From Stegostoma tigrinum (lineage: Eukaryota): DNA of 64,000 bases. The position numbers and the translations under genes are program-made. How positions within the stretch are numbered: position 1 is the first letter of the stretch; every line of letters begins with the position of its first letter. The DNA is taken from positions 90,886,104 through 90,950,103 of the forward strand of contig NC_081361.1 in the NCBI RefSeq assembly GCF_030684315.1, given 5' to 3'. The notes beneath the pieces were generated by a model that was not told where the DNA came from, did not search any database, and saw only the letters and a program-made list of their open reading frames with translations. Below, piece by piece: positions 39,451 through 53,702 of this stretch.

Positions 39451-41319
39451 TGTGCATACAGTATACCTGGGCAATTTTCGACAATATTAGGTGGGCTCTG
39501 GTGTTGCAGTTGTACAATAGCAGCAGGTCCTAGAGATACTTCTCAGCGTAAGCCTATGACCTCTATAAATCTAGACTAAGTATTAAATAGCCAGATGTTG
39601 TCTGCAGACTTTAATGTAATTGTGCCCTCAACTATTTTTTGATATCATGCTGAATAAATCAAATTGACTGAAAGCTATCGTGTAAGATGATGAGATTTCA
39701 GGAGGAAGCTGATCGAGATGGGCGTACAGTCATACGAACAGTTGAAGTTGACTAAAATTGCCTCCAAGCAATGAACATAGCATTTAATTCAAGTAATGTG
39801 ATGGAAACCTGAGCACACAAGCTACAATTGAATGAAAAATAGCAATTGCTGGAGAAACTCAGCAGGTCTGGCAGAATCTGCAGAGAAAAAGCAGAGTTAA
39901 CATTTTGAGTCCACTGGCTACTCTTTTGAATGGACAGTAGCTAGGTAAAGGTTGGGAGATATGATCATGATGTTCGGTTCAGGGACACAGGGTTGAGTGA
40001 GTAGATAGGCACAGTTTAGACCTCTGTCCCCTTGCACTTGCCCAAAAGTATCCTTTCATGGCTGGATATGCTGGGCTACTTATAGAAAGATTAATATGCA
40101 AATACTGCATTGCTGTGTGAAAGTCACATTGCACAATAAATTAACTATGTTCATTTTGCTATCATGGATTGGCACTCAGCTTCTATCCACAGCACAGACT
40201 CATTAATTTCATTAGCAACTACCCAAAGGCATGTCGTGCAGATTACATGTGGCCATTGGTATAGAATATAAAACCGTCTGTATTATGTATTGTCAACTCT
40301 CTCTCATTCAACATGCTCGAATGTACGAATTGAATTTTGTTCAGTGTGTCAGATATAATGAAACTTTCTCTGTAAATGACATCACATGGGTATATTTGCA
40401 ATGGGGTTGTGTGAATAAAGGTATCTTTCGGTAGAGTTAACGTCTAATTTTGGTGGAGATGTTGGGGTGATGGTGAGTGTCAGTGGATTACTAATTCTGA
40501 GACCAAGGCTAAAGTTCTGAGGATATGTACAAATCCCATCACCTGCAGCTGGTGTTATTTAAATTAAATTACTTATACCTGGAATTAAAAGCTGGTCTCA
40601 GTGCGGTTAACCATGTGACTATCATCAATTGTTGTAAAAACCTGTTTGTTCATCAACATCCTTAAGGGAAGGCACTCTTGTTATCCTTACCTGGTTCCAC
40701 CTACAGGTGATTCCAGACCCACACTAATGTTCTGAAAGGTCAATGGATGTAAAACATTAACTGTTACCTCTCTCCCCAGACACGACCGCTCCTGTTGCGT
40801 TTCTCCAGCATTCTCTGTATTTGTCCAGACAGCATTAATCTGGGTGGCTGAATTAAGTCCAGTTTGACATTTCCACCTTCCCCTTCTGACTGTCATCATC
40901 CGATGGTGTGACATATGTTCCTTGTCAGTAGTGTCTGGTTTCCGGTAACTTATGGAAATCCATGACTTTCCTTCGTATAGTTGCTCTTTAAAAATAACCT
41001 TCACTAATTGTTGTATGCTTACCTCATGTACATTAAACATTTTTATCATGAATTTACCATAACATTTTTTACAGAAAAGCAAACCAGTTTGAAATATTAT
41101 GGTTCCTTCATTCAGCAAGAACTGATTCTATCCTGGACAATTTTTCTTTTAAATTAGTCCAACTTTTCATCCTAATTTCTGTTTATTCTATTGTGTCAAT
41201 TTGTCTGTGTGAAGTATTTCCCTGGTATCAGTTTTTTCATTAGTTTGAAAATACCATACCTTTTTAAAAGAAGTTCTGACATTTCTATACCCCACAAAGG
41301 TCAGCTATTTATTTGGTTG

Positions 41320-41665
41320 TTATTGTGGCATAATGGCATTGACACTGGATTATAAATCCAACGTCCCTGAGATCAAAGTTCTGGGCAACACGACTGATTC
41401 AAAACTCAGTAATGAATGTGGAAAGTTTTGAAAAATCTGGAATAAACGCTAGCCCTGTGGTGATCATTTAAACCTTGCCGATTCTTGTGAGAACCCACCT
41501 GCTTAAACAACACACCGTAGGAAATCTGCCACCTTTACCTGGTCTGGATTGCACGTGTCTCCAGACCTAGTTACGTAGTTGACTCTAATTAATCCTGCAT
41601 TACCCTTCAAGCAAATAGGATTGGGCAATAAACACTGCCCTAACTAGTGACACGCTTTGAATGAA
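41320..41665 (+). mobile_element. SINE sharing the gggcaataaatgctggcc LINE tail (related copies about 34960-35120, 40460-40730, 17550-17690)
   Basis: aaaatctggaat...ggaaatctgccacctttacctggtctgg...ccagacc...gttgactct...gggcaataaa. Confidence 0.6.
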
Positions 41666-44600
41666 TGAAAAAAAGTTTCTCCAGAACCTCCCCATAATTG
41701 AATTCTTGAGCCATTTGTTCAATGTCAATGCTGCTCTCTGCTACATCCTGATTGTTGCTCTCTCTCTCTCCAGTCCCTATGCTGCAGTACTCAAAGCAAA
41801 GCACAGAATGGCAGAATCCCAGCAGGTATCCTCTGCATTTTAAATCACATTGTTGTTTCCCATATTGCTCAATATTCTGTACCCAGCTTTGCTGCTTACA
41901 GTTTCTGCAGTGACTGTATGTACTTAGAATTGAATCATTTAAAGCCTCTGGGAGTCCTTCAACATTGCATGCAGTCAACCTGCTGCCAACACCTTTTTTC
42001 TCAAAAGTATGTTACAATTTATTGTCCATATTAAAATTAATTTGTCATTGATCAATCCACTTGAATGTCATTATGATGTGTTTCAACTGGCCCTGTTAAT
42101 CCAGTAACAAAAGCAAATATAATCAGTTTGCAGTTTGAACATCTGAATGAAATTTCTGGAGCAACAGGAATTCTAACCATGATTTGTGTGGTAGCCTATT
42201 CAACATTTTTCCTCCCTCAGCTCCCCATGGGAGTATTAAATTAAAAATATTTCGTTTTATATATGAAAACAAAGGAATCTACAAGACCTGACTCATTTAA
42301 TTTTCTTGCAGGAAAATATAGTGCTATTCTTGCAAGCTCTCAATGTTTGGCATCACCGTCTGCTCATAATATGTATTGCCGCAGCATTTACCAGTTCTGC
42401 ATTCAAGCAATATTCTCAATGCCAACGTAAGTGCCTTATCCTCAAGAATTCTCCTGTTTTGCTGTAATCTATTTTGTCAAAGAAATGACAGCCCCTTGAT
42501 TGTGTCTTAAACAGGTCAAGATCGATGCTCTCCAGTATGGCACAATTCCAGCCTCGCGCCTTTGAAACAGATTCCTCCTCTTCTCTCTTGCATTCTGCAG
42601 TAGTCTCTTTTAATACACGTTTAGTTTTGAATGCAACTTACTGGCATTGGAAGTGATTAACATTTAAATAGATACTACTGTTTGGTGCTGTGACATGGAG
42701 CAGTATGTGGCCTACCGCACATAACGTGACATTCTGCTGTCAGTGGCCAATGCATACAAACTCCAAAGTCCAAATTAAAGGGCCCGTTTACCCAACTGTT
42801 CATCCTTATCTTCCCCTGTACAAGGGCTAGCAGCTGCATTCTCCTCAGCCTGGTTCTGCAATCAGCTGAAAGCAGTAAGTCTCTGATATATTCTGCACCC
42901 AGACCACTGACCAAAAAAGACCCTTCTTTTTAGTGTTCCCCAGATGTTGTGGCTTGACATAAAAAAAATCTTCCATCACTAATGCACACTGGGGCCCTGA
43001 TCTATTTCATTATTAGCACTACCATCTGGTGACTGAAACTGGTGCAGCAGGATCTGTCATAACTGAATAAAAAGCCTGCAATATCCTGGAGGCTGCTGTT
43101 ACTGAAATGGACTCAAGCTGGGGCCATTTATTCTACCTCAATTTCTTTCAATCCATTGAAAACAGGGAAATTCAAAAGGTCCTGTAGCACACTGGCACAT
43201 CCCTACCCGAGGCAGGAAACCTACACATTTACAGAATTGTCTCACAGTAACGTTTTCCTGCAATTAAGGTCAACAACAGCAATGAAATAATAGCACACCA
43301 ATCAATAGATTCCAGTCTATTCCATTAGTCTCCGGGGTCTCAACTTGATGGTAACAGGCCTGCCCCTAGGCTGAAAGGTCTGGGTCCAAGCCCCCAGTTC
43401 CAAATTGATTGATTTAATAAAAAATACTTTTATATTAATGGCACAATGCACCTGACCTCAGGAAGGAGGGAAAGTTCATCAATTTGATTCTACTGCATAA
43501 ATAATGTGGGAGTTTCTAATAAAGTTCAACCTGAAAGTTTCTGTAGTCAGTCATGTGCTACAATAACCCTAATTTAGTCAGTTAACGCCATTTCAAGTGT
43601 TGGAAGTGAGTTCAGCACACAACGTTAGACATGAAGCTTTCCATTATCATCTGCAGTTGAGTCAATATGAACACAAAAAGACATGTACACAGTAGTTCTG
43701 GTTTAAAGTGTGGATATCACATTCCATTGGTCCAATTGTTAGATCCCCTTAGGCTTTTGTTGCAATCCCTAGTTGCCGTCAATGATGAGGAACTGCTTTC
43801 TTGAACGTCTGCAGGCTGTGTGCTGATGCTAGACAATACTGTCAGGGATAGTGCCCGGAATTTTTTTACCCAGCAGCACTGAAAGGACAGCAATATATTC
43901 CTAAGTCAGAAATGTAAGTGGCTTGGATGATAACTTGCAGGTAGTGGTGTTCCCATACATCTAGAAGCAGGATTAGGCCATTTGGCCTTTTGAGCCCATT
44001 CTACCATTCAATGGCTGATCTGTGGCCTAACTCCATGTACCTGCCTTTAGCCCTCATCCCTTTGAAACATTTATGTAACAAAATTCATCCACCTCAGACA
44101 CCCTTATCCTTCTAGATGGCAGCTGTTGTGTGTTTGGAAGGTGTTGGCTAAGGAGCCTTAGTGAGTTTCTGCAATGCATCTTGCAATTGATAGCAGTCTA
44201 TTGCTAGAGTGTATGTTTTTTCTTCAAAGCCACCTTACTGTCCCTTGATCAATTTCATGTGGGTCTCAGGCTCGGTTCAGTTGCCAGCCCTCTTGCCTCG
44301 GAGTCAGAAAGCTGTAGACTGAGGTATTCCTGACGCACTCCACAAAAATCAGTTCACCCGCAAGTGTCCAGTTGTGGTGTAGGGTCGGAATTTCCTGTCA
44401 CTTAAAACAAACCTTGCTTTGCACCTTAAGTGCTGTAACCTGCAAGGTTATGGACCAAGTGCTGGTAATCGGGATTAGAATAGGTGGCAAGCAGACACAA
44501 TGTACTGAATGGACTATTTCTGCGTGGTAACTTTCCCACAGTTCTGGAATCTGATCTCTTTTCTTCCCTACAGCCCCTCACATGACCAGGGCCATTCAGT

Positions 44601-47479
44601 ACCTTGAACCTGCTCATATTATGGCTGATCTGTAACTTAACCCCACCTTTTTACAAAATACATTCTTTCCTGGGATGGGGCATACAGCATTCGTTGGCCA
44701 TCCTCCAAGTACCCTTAATGTATTTTAGAAGTCAAACATACTCAGACATTATCCCAGGAAAGGATGGCAGATTTCACACCCCACCCCAGCAAAACAAAAC
44801 CATTGGCTCAGTAATTTTTTTTATGATAACTGATAATCAATTTAGTATTAACATTTAGCACTAACATTAGTATTCATTTAGCTGCACCAGGATTAGGGGA
44901 ACAAAATTATCTCACACACAACCCCCGAGAACCCGAAACTTACCAATGTGTTGCCAAAGTGATCAGACGACATCTCCCACTTGACTAAATAAAAGACTGA
45001 ACTGTGGGTTTTAAACAGGTTTACACCATCCAAAATATCTTAAATTTTAAAATTTAAATTTGATCTCACAATCTGTACACGTCATGTGCAGCTGTAAAAT
45101 TATATTCCGTGCTCTAAGACCTCTCTGCATTTTGCATGGTATGATCTGCCTGTACTGCATGCAAAACAAAACTTTTCACTATACCTAGGTACATGTGACA
45201 ATAATCAAATCAAATATGAGCCAAAGTGTTAACTATTTATTCTCCCACAGATACTGCCATAATGCAAAGGACCCCTCTTTCTACTTTTAATAAAATTCAA
45301 CAGTTTAGAAAGCACAGATCTAACAATCACTTGAAATTATTCAATTCTCAGGTCGAATAGAGAAAGTGCTGAGAGAACAGAATTAAGTGTTTAGTTTGGG
45401 GTGGGGGGGGGGGTGGCGGTGGTGGTAGTTTGATATCAGTCAGTGGAGCGTTTTGAGCAGTTGAGGTGATGAAACTCTTACAGCGAATTACATTATTTTT
45501 TTCCAGAATTTGGTCAGGTCCTGTCAGATTATTTGCTCTACTGGCATTGGTGCACTTAAAGCTGTCATAACTATGTCCTTCACTATTTGACTGGAGGAGG
45601 CTGTAATGAGATCTAAAGAGTAACAAAGAGTAAAAACTAAAAGCAAACTATCACAGATATTGGAAATATGAAATGAAAAGTACTGGAGAAACTCTGCAGG
45701 CCTGGCAGCATCCGTGGCAAGAAAAACAGTTAACATCAAGTCCAATGTGACTCTTCTTCAGAATTAGTCTAACAATTACACCATCTCTTACATTAAAGAG
45801 AATGTAATCATCCTTCACATACATTAGGCAAAATATGGCACTGAGCAACATAAGGAACTATTAGCCACGATGAATTTAAAAACTTGGTTGCAGTGATAGA
45901 CTTTGGAGAATGCCTCAAACAGAAAGTAACGTAAAAACGGTAGAGGACTGCAGAGACATATTCCTGAACTTGGGGCTGAGGCAACCGAAAGCAAAAGCAA
46001 TTGAAATCCACAATGCTTAGGAGATCAGAATTGGAGGTATCTCAAAGAGTTTTGGGGCTGGAGGAATTTACAGCTGTGATGAGGGATGAATTAAAAAAGG
46101 TTCTGAAAATAAGGATGAAAATTTCAAGATCAACCCATTCCTGAGTGGGGGACAATGCAGCTCAGTGAGCACAGGGAAGATAACAGAATGGGATTTGGTG
46201 CAACTGCCTGACGTTTCATGAGGATAGAATGTTGGAATCAATGGGGCGATTGACGAAGTACAAATAGGCTACAAGGTCAATGATCTCATTGATGATTGTA
46301 CGCAAGTCAAAAAGGGTGTTGTTACAATCACAGATTGCAATTTGTGCCTTTGATAAGTATCGTTTTGGTACTCCAAGGAAGTCTGATTGGAGGGACACAA
46401 TCAAAAATTTGCAGTTAAGCTGGGAATGAATTTGCTTCTAATATTTTTAATCAATGGCACGTGTGTGTGTGTCACTGGCTAAACCAACATTTTCTGCCCA
46501 TCCTTAAGCGCTCACTGATTGTAATGGTGGCTCTCTCGTTGAACCACTGCAGTCCATGAGGAGTAGGTACATACAGTGCTGTTAGGGAGCTCCAGAATTT
46601 TGACACCAACAATGAAGGGATGGCAGGCAGAGGTTCATGCCACTCCTGGGTATCTGCTGCCCTTGTCTTTCTAAATGGCAGAGATAGTGGGTTTGGAAAG
46701 TGTTGTCGAAGGGAAAAAAAAGCTTATATTTAAAACCTATTAAATTACAACACAAACTGATGCGCCACTGTAAACAAACTTGAGGAATCAAAATAATCCA
46801 ACGTTAAACTTGTGTCCAGCCGTCACATCCCATCTTCTTCTGATACTAGGTTTTACTGTCTTCAGGCTTGACACACTATTTTGAATATCATTGACCGCAG
46901 ACCCCAGAAATCCCAAGTTATGTCCTATCCATCACAGGGTTTTGAAACTACCAGAGGCAGCAGTGATGACTTCAGAGAACAGCACATTCCTAACTTCCTT
47001 CTAAAAAAAATTCTACATTGTGTGTAATGTTTTGATCCAGGAGCTTGAAGTTTGAAAGAAAGATCGCTTCTCTTTTCGGCAGGTGCATTGCTAGCAAGTG
47101 AAATCTGAAACATTAAATGTGGAAAGGCTCTCAATGTCTATTGATGTTTGCAGAAGTGACAATTGCAAGGTCAAACATGTGCTGCTATTAGCTTACATCT
47201 CTGGAGCCAGAGTCAACAACTTGGCCAGTGGATCTAACTAGAGAAAAACGTCACAGTGTGCCCTCTTAAAATGAGCCAGCCAGTCACATACTGAAAAGCG
47301 GCTTCCTATGCCAGAAAGCAAAGGGCAGAAAATGACAATGCAGGTGAAATCTCATCTAGTTTACTTAATGTTTCCATCTAAATCACATTCAGTCTCATAA
47401 GTTTACCAACAGCACATTACATCAGTGTATATATGCACATGCTTCCAAAATAGACAGATACAAACAAGGTTTTTCATAA

Positions 47480-47490
47480 TTTATTTTATT
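47480..47490 (-). promoter_or_regulatory. SH3GLB1: Probable SH3GLB1 poly(A) signal (two overlapping AATAAA)
   Basis: Minus strand reads AATAAAATAAA about 450 nt after the stop, with TGTA upstream and a GT/T-rich tract downstream. Confidence 0.6.
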
Positions 47491-47936
47491 TTGGCAATGC
47501 TGTACATTAATTTTAACATTTAGACCAGCGCATGTAATTTATAAGCTAAATTCCGTGTGTCTGATAATAAAGTTTTAGAAATACTGGGACATTGTATTCA
47601 AGTTGGTTTAATTAAGAAATGCATTTTCAACCACTAAAGTACGAAAAGTTATTTTACTGAAATATTAAATAGAAAATGAAGCTGTTATTGTTGAGCAAAT
47701 AATATCCATGGCACAAAAATATTCGAAGTTTACAAAAGCAAGGGTTTATATACTTGCTTTAATGAGTGCTGCTGAGTGCAACATGCAACTTTTGCCATTC
47801 ACAGAATTCAAACGATCCCTAACATTTCAGAGGCATGTTGCATGGAAGACATTTCATAAACTGCTTGATACAAAGTTAGCTGTAATTAAACACATTGCAA
47901 TTACAGCCAGAATCAAAGGCTCAGGTTACCACATAC

Positions 47937-48044
47937 TCAATTTAGCAGCTCCAAATATGTAATGGGGACTTTTCCTTTCTGATTTCCTCTTTCACCCATT
48001 AACCAGTCAGAGTCCATTCCTGGCAGACTATAAACTGTTATTAC
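47937..48044 (-). CDS. SH3GLB1: Endophilin-B1, last coding exon (C-terminal half of SH3 domain)
   Basis: tttcag| acceptor; translates VITVYSLPGMDSDWLMGERGNQKGKVPITYLELLN* (TGA 47937-47939); phase 0 fits the upstream exon. Confidence 0.95.
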   Translation of the reverse strand, partial: VITVYSLPGMDSDWLMGERGNQKGKVPITYLELLN

Positions 48045-50660
48045 CTGAAACAGAAACCAGATCTATTACTAGTTGTAGCAAAGAGGGGGCAGGAAGAGAA
48101 ATTGACAGGTGTGGAAAATGAGTGGAAGATAGATGATTGAAGAGGAAAGGAGGGAGGAAGCAGAGAGAAACAACTAAACTACAGGACAGGAATTAGAAGT
48201 GTATGCTACTGTAAATGTCAGGACATGCTCTATGAGAGAGTGCACATATTGTTACAGATTCTTATAAAGCACTGATGGCAGCATAACAGTTCTGTAAAAA
48301 GATACTTGAAAGAATGGGTTCAGTTTCAAACTATTTGGATCATGCACCAGAATCCTCACCGCATCCTCTCAAGAGCAATATATCATACAAGCATCCAATA
48401 GTTCCAGCGCAACTCAGCCTCTTGGCCAAGTAGAACCAGATCATGGTGACCCAGTGCTGACATTTAGGCCACACATCCTAAATCCATCATTATAACTAAT
48501 GCCCAGATGCAGCTCACATTGCTTCCACAACACCAGTGCTTATTCACTCATCACCAGCTCAAATTCTTTAACGCCATCTTCACAGGGTTCTCTTCCTTCG
48601 CATTCTGTCAGTTTCAAAGCTCACGTTGCTTTTCTGTCTTGCTCAATCACTGACCCTCAAGGACCCACACTCACTCTTCCCAAACTGCAATTTAAAACTA
48701 GCCTTCTTCAAACTCCTCTTCTCAAATCACTCCTACAACTTGTTATTCCTGGAACTTCTTCCTGTTGTTTATCACTCTGGCATGCCTAGATCTTCAGACT
48801 CTGATTTTCCATACATTCCCATTTCCCTTTGGCCTGCGGCTATAATACACCTTCGCCTGTTCTGGTACTACTCTCTTTAACACCATCTCTGCCTCTCCCT
48901 TGCTTATTTCTTGAAGTATTCTTTCATGGCTTAGCAGTCATTGTTCTATTTCTCCTCGTATTTTTTATTTCCTGCACGATTCAGTCCATTTTCCATGCTA
49001 AAAGCACTATAAAGTTTTCAGTGCTGTACCAGTGCAAGATTGCCAAAAAGCCTGACTCCAAAGTTTAGGTATCACACTGAGGGGATTTGGTTTTAATATT
49101 CTTTCTTGGAATACAAGTAGCAATGTCAAGGCCATCCCGAGGTGCTGATGCCGGCAGAGCTTAAGTGAAGAGAGGACAGGGCAAGACAAGTGTGAGCACA
49201 CTTAAGATGTAGCTCTCCAAAATTAGGATTCTGAACTAACTGAACTGTCCAACTGTTACAGTAATGGGTTTTTTGGAATGCAATAGCAGTTAACTGGAAA
49301 TGGGCAAAATTTCAGTTCAAGTCCCTAATGTCCAGATGCTTTTAAAGTTGGAAGTGCAGTAACAGGCTATATCAATAATTAGGTTCAAATTGTCTTTGCT
49401 CTTCAGCATGCAAACTATAAGTGCAACTGTGTGTACATCAACTTGTGTTGAAGTATCATTTAAATATTGAATCGTTCCCATTATTCAGTTACAAACACTC
49501 AGATCTCAGAAAATGAATATGCTGTCAACCATAACTTTTACTCTACAATACACTTAACTACACAAAGGAGGTAACTAGGGTACTACTTTACTGTAACTTT
49601 GAGTTTAATTAAAGAAAATAGCTCAAAATGCACAAAATTGAAGTGAAATTGATAGCATTCCATGGGAATTCTCAAATTAGCTCTAATTAAAGCTCACAGT
49701 AAGGTTAAAACAGGGGAGAAAGAAATTGGGGAGCTACTTATTGCAAAAACTAAGTCCAAGGAACATTCAACTAAGAACAGCTTCATCAATTTCATCTATA
49801 TTGTACTGTTAATTACATCTTGGCCTCTGATATTATTTCAGTAATTTTTCTTCTGGAAAATCAAACTTCATTTTTTGATTGCTCACCAATCTTGATTAAT
49901 ATAGGCAAACAAGTTTGATCAATTTAAATCACTTAGCTCCTTGAAGCTTCAGCTGAGTAAGACATTAAGCAACTGATCCACACAAACCAAGACCTGAGAA
50001 GCCTTGGAATAGAGTTAGAGCTGAAAATGATCTCAGCATCGTCACGTTAGAAACAGGAATAAAAGGAGCAGGTCAAAATCCAATTTCCAATGAATAAATC
50101 GACACTCGGAAATACAAAAGACCCAACTTAATTCTCTCTGTGGTATAAGTGATGTGTTAAAAAACAAAAACATTAAGATAAAGGAAGCCCAGAAACCCCT
50201 ACTAAATGTGACAGTGGGGATTCATGAACACAAGTGTCGAATACAGGGGACAAAGGAGGAGTAGGCCTCTTGAATCCACATCACCATTCAATAAATTCAT
50301 GGCTGATCTGAATACTTAATATTCCTGCCTACTCAGGACAGCCTTTCATCCCCTTACTTGCCAGGAAAATATCTAATACAGCCTTAAAAAAAATTCAAAG
50401 ACTCTTATTCTACCGCCTTTTAAGAAAGAGTTCTAAATACACAAACTTCTACAAGTAAACATTTTATCTGTATAGATTGTGCAAGCCCCTATTTTGTAAT
50501 AGTGTTACCTAGCTCTAGATTCTTCAAGAGGAAATATCTGTTTGCATAACCTCCCAATCAGGCCAGAGGAATACTGTGAATTCGATTATTGTGCCTCCTT
50601 AGCTAATTTAGGAGAATACCTATAAACAATGGACAAACATTTCGGCACTTTATTACATAC

Positions 50661-50883
50661 CTCATCAGCCAGAAGTGACAACTCATTACTGTCTGCAGCA
50701 TCGTAATCATAGAGCACCCGTGCCTTTCTGGTGCCACTGGGTGGCACTTTATAATCATTACTACCAGGTACTGGACAGTTCGGTGTGCACAGTGGGACGG
50801 AAGATGCAGAACTTGGCACAACACTTGGTGAAAGGGAAGACGAAGCTGTCTGATTGTTGTTGGAAGAAAACGTGGTTGGAAAG
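50661..50883 (-). CDS. SH3GLB1: Endophilin-B1 exon (linker + N-half of SH3)
   Basis: 223 nt, tttcag|...GAG|gtatgt; (S)FPTTFSSNNNQT...GTRKARVLYDYDAADSNELSLLADE; NNNQT linker is B1-like; overlaps ORF 50586..50819. Confidence 0.95.
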
Positions 50884-51334
50884 CTGAAATTAAAAAAGTC
50901 AAGTCTTAATAGAAGGAACAGCGACTTCTGGGTCTAGTCTTCAGATAATATTAAAAAGGAAGTAATGACATATGAAGTTTCCATTCTGGCACCTACCTTA
51001 AGAAGTAAGCCAAAGAGAGATTGGTGAAATTACCAGAAACGATGCATCAGCATCAACATCAACTTCTTTTACATTCTTATTTATTTAATTTGCAACATGA
51101 TATAGACTCCATTCCTTTCTCATGGTGGTACCCATGAGACACAGGTAACAAGTTAGAAATTAAATCTTCACCCCTGTGGATTTCTCAAACTGCCCTGTGT
51201 GGCCTTCACTGATTTGCATGCATATACAACATGCACGCACACACTGTTACTGTGTATCCTCTAGAATTGTGCTTTTTATTTTTCAGAGAGAACCTGAGGA
51301 AAAGATGCCAAAGGAGCTGTTGGAAAGATGAGAG

Positions 51335-52740
51335 GCTTTGCAAAGGTTGCAGAAGAGGTTCACCAGGACATTGCCTGAATTGATGTGTATTTCCTACAAG
51401 GAGATGTTGGCCGAACTTGGATTGCTTTTGCTAGAGCATCAGAAGCTAAGGGGTGACCTGAAAGAAGTTTATAAAATTGAGGCGCATGTATTGGGTGGAC
51501 AGTCAGAGTCCTTTTCCCCAGGGTGGAAATGTCAATTCTAGGGCAGCACAGATTTAAGATGAGGGGCAAGAAGTTTAACTGAGTTTTTTTTTAAATACAG
51601 TGGGTGGTGAGTGCTTGGAATGCGCTGCAGGGCAGGTGACAGAAGCAGATACATTTGCCTCTTAAATGTTGCTTTCAGGCAGGCACGTGAACAGGCAAGG
51701 AATAGAGGGATATTGGCCATATGCAGGGAAGTGGGATTGTATGAGAATGGCACCATGGTCGGCACAGACATGGCAGGCCAAAGGGCCTGTTTCTGTACTC
51801 TTGCAGAAAACCTCACCCCGTTTTAAAACTTGCATCCCTTTGTTTCAAGCCCCCTCACCTCCCTTCCTCCCTCCTGATCTCTGATCTCCTCTAGCCTCTG
51901 AGACTTTGGCATTCATGTTGGCTGAAGAGTGTCAGACAGAGGTTAACTTAGATAAATATGAGGTGCTGCATTTTAATAAGGCAAATCAGGGCAGGGCTTA
52001 TCACTTAACAGTAGAGTCCTGGGGAATGTTGGCAAACAGAGACGTTGGGCTGCAGGTTCAGAATTCCTTCAAAGTAGAATTGCAGATAGACAGGGTAGTG
52101 AAGGTGATGTTTGATACTCTTGATGTTATTTGCATTGGGTACCGGAGCTGGGATCTCATGATGCAGTTGTACAGGGCATTGATTAGGACACTTTTGGAAT
52201 ACTGCATTCAATTCTGGTCTCCCTATTATAGGAAAGCCATTGTAAAATTTGAGGGTTCAGGAAAAATTTACAAAGAATGTTGCCAATGTTGGAGGGTTTG
52301 TGTTATAGGAAGAGGCTGAACAGGCTGGGGCTATTTTCACTTGATCTTCAGAGACCAAGGGGTGACTTCAGTGTTTTATAAAATCACAAGGGGCATGGAT
52401 AGGGTGAATAGCCAAGGTCTTCTTACCCCAAGGGTGGGAGAGTTCAAAACTAGAGGGCATAGGTTTGAGGGGAGGGGGCAAGATTTAGAAAGGGATCTAA
52501 GAGGTAATGCCTGCACACAGAGGGTGGTACGTGTACAGAATGAGCTGCCAGAGAAAGTGGAGGAGGTTGGTACAATTACAACATTTAAAAGGCATATGGA
52601 TGGGCACTTGAATAGGAAGTGTTTAGGAGGAATACAGGCCAAATGCTGGCAAATGGGACTAGATTAATTTAAGCTATCTGGTCAGCATGGAACAATTGGA
52701 CTGAAGGGTTTCTTTCCGTGCAGTACATCTGACTCTTATA
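51335..52740 (+). mobile_element. Two CR1 3' fragments in an SH3GLB1 intron
   Basis: ORFs 51338..51541, 51906..52319 and 52341..52667 with CR1 C-terminal motifs. Confidence 0.85.
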
Positions 52741-53164
52741 CTGCTTGTCAACGTTCTAAAACAACTCACATTACAGTGCTCTGCATTAAATTTCATCTAC
52801 CGCACGTGTCTTTCAATCCCTCCAGGTTACAACTTCTTGGAGTCTATCATTATCCACCCCTCGGTTCACAATCTGCAAATTTTCACACTAAGTCTTGTGT
52901 CAAAACAGGCAAAGAAAACCAGTGATCCTAGTCTGACTCCTGAGCAACCTGAAAAACAATCATTTACTACTACTCTTTACAGAATGAAAACTTGAACTCA
53001 TATTCCTATAACACATCAGGAAGGCCCAAAGCATTTTAGTCACAATTATCTTTATTGGTTTAAAAATTTGGTCTGTCTGTAGCTCTACACTAGATTGTAC
53101 AGGAAAGATTTGAGAGCCATTATTTACTGCACAAAGACCCTTTTCCACTGAAAAACTTTACTAC

Positions 53165-53265
53165 CTTCCAAGCTGCTTCTGTAAGTCAACCATATACTGG
53201 TAACACTGAGCATAGTAGGTCAATTGGGCGTCAACGTAGTCATGCAGGCAACGAAGGTGATGAGC
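53165..53265 (-). CDS. SH3GLB1: Endophilin-B1 exon (end of N-BAR domain)
   Basis: 101 nt, cacag|...AG|gtagta; AHHLRCLHDYVDAQLTYYAQCYQYMVDLQKQLG+AG; phase 2 matches the next exon. Confidence 0.95.
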
Positions 53266-53526
53266 CTGTGGGAGCAAGAAACAAAGAGCAGAATGGAAAG
53301 GACACATTGGCAAAAAAGGTCAATTAATTCAGCAATTTTGTTTTTTCTTTCAAAATCATCCATGAGGAGTTGAGACAGTTTAATGTGTTTAGACTGAAAT
53401 GGTATCTGTAATTACCAGTCAGGTTTTCTCGAATGCTGTTAATAGACATCAGCAGGGAACTGGGTAAGATGACAGCATTATATAAGCAATTCAGTAAGGC
53501 CAGTGATAAGGGTTAAAGGAACTTAC

Positions 53527-53616
53527 ATGAGTGCTGCTAATTCCTTCAAGCAAAAGTCTTGTGATCTCTGCTTGGCGGTCAAATTCACTTTGTGTAATCC
53601 GCATTTCCTGCTCAGC
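53527..53616 (-). CDS. SH3GLB1: Endophilin-B1 exon (BAR helix)
   Basis: 90 nt, gtag|...CAT|gtaagt; AEQEMRITQSEFDRQAEITRLLLEGISSTH, B1-type RITQSEFDRQAEIT. Confidence 0.95.
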
Positions 53617-53702
53617 CTACATAGAGAGAGAATAAATAAATGCTCGGGCATTTGAACAAGGAAATAACTTTTCATGGGGAAAAGAGACACTTCTACTTTT
53701 TA

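Noticed and set aside
1-47000. SELENOF exons or SECIS expected from mammalian synteny
   Set aside because: I found no segment encoding recognisable SELENOF peptides; GGA-TGA near 4155 on minus does not continue as KLGRFPQV
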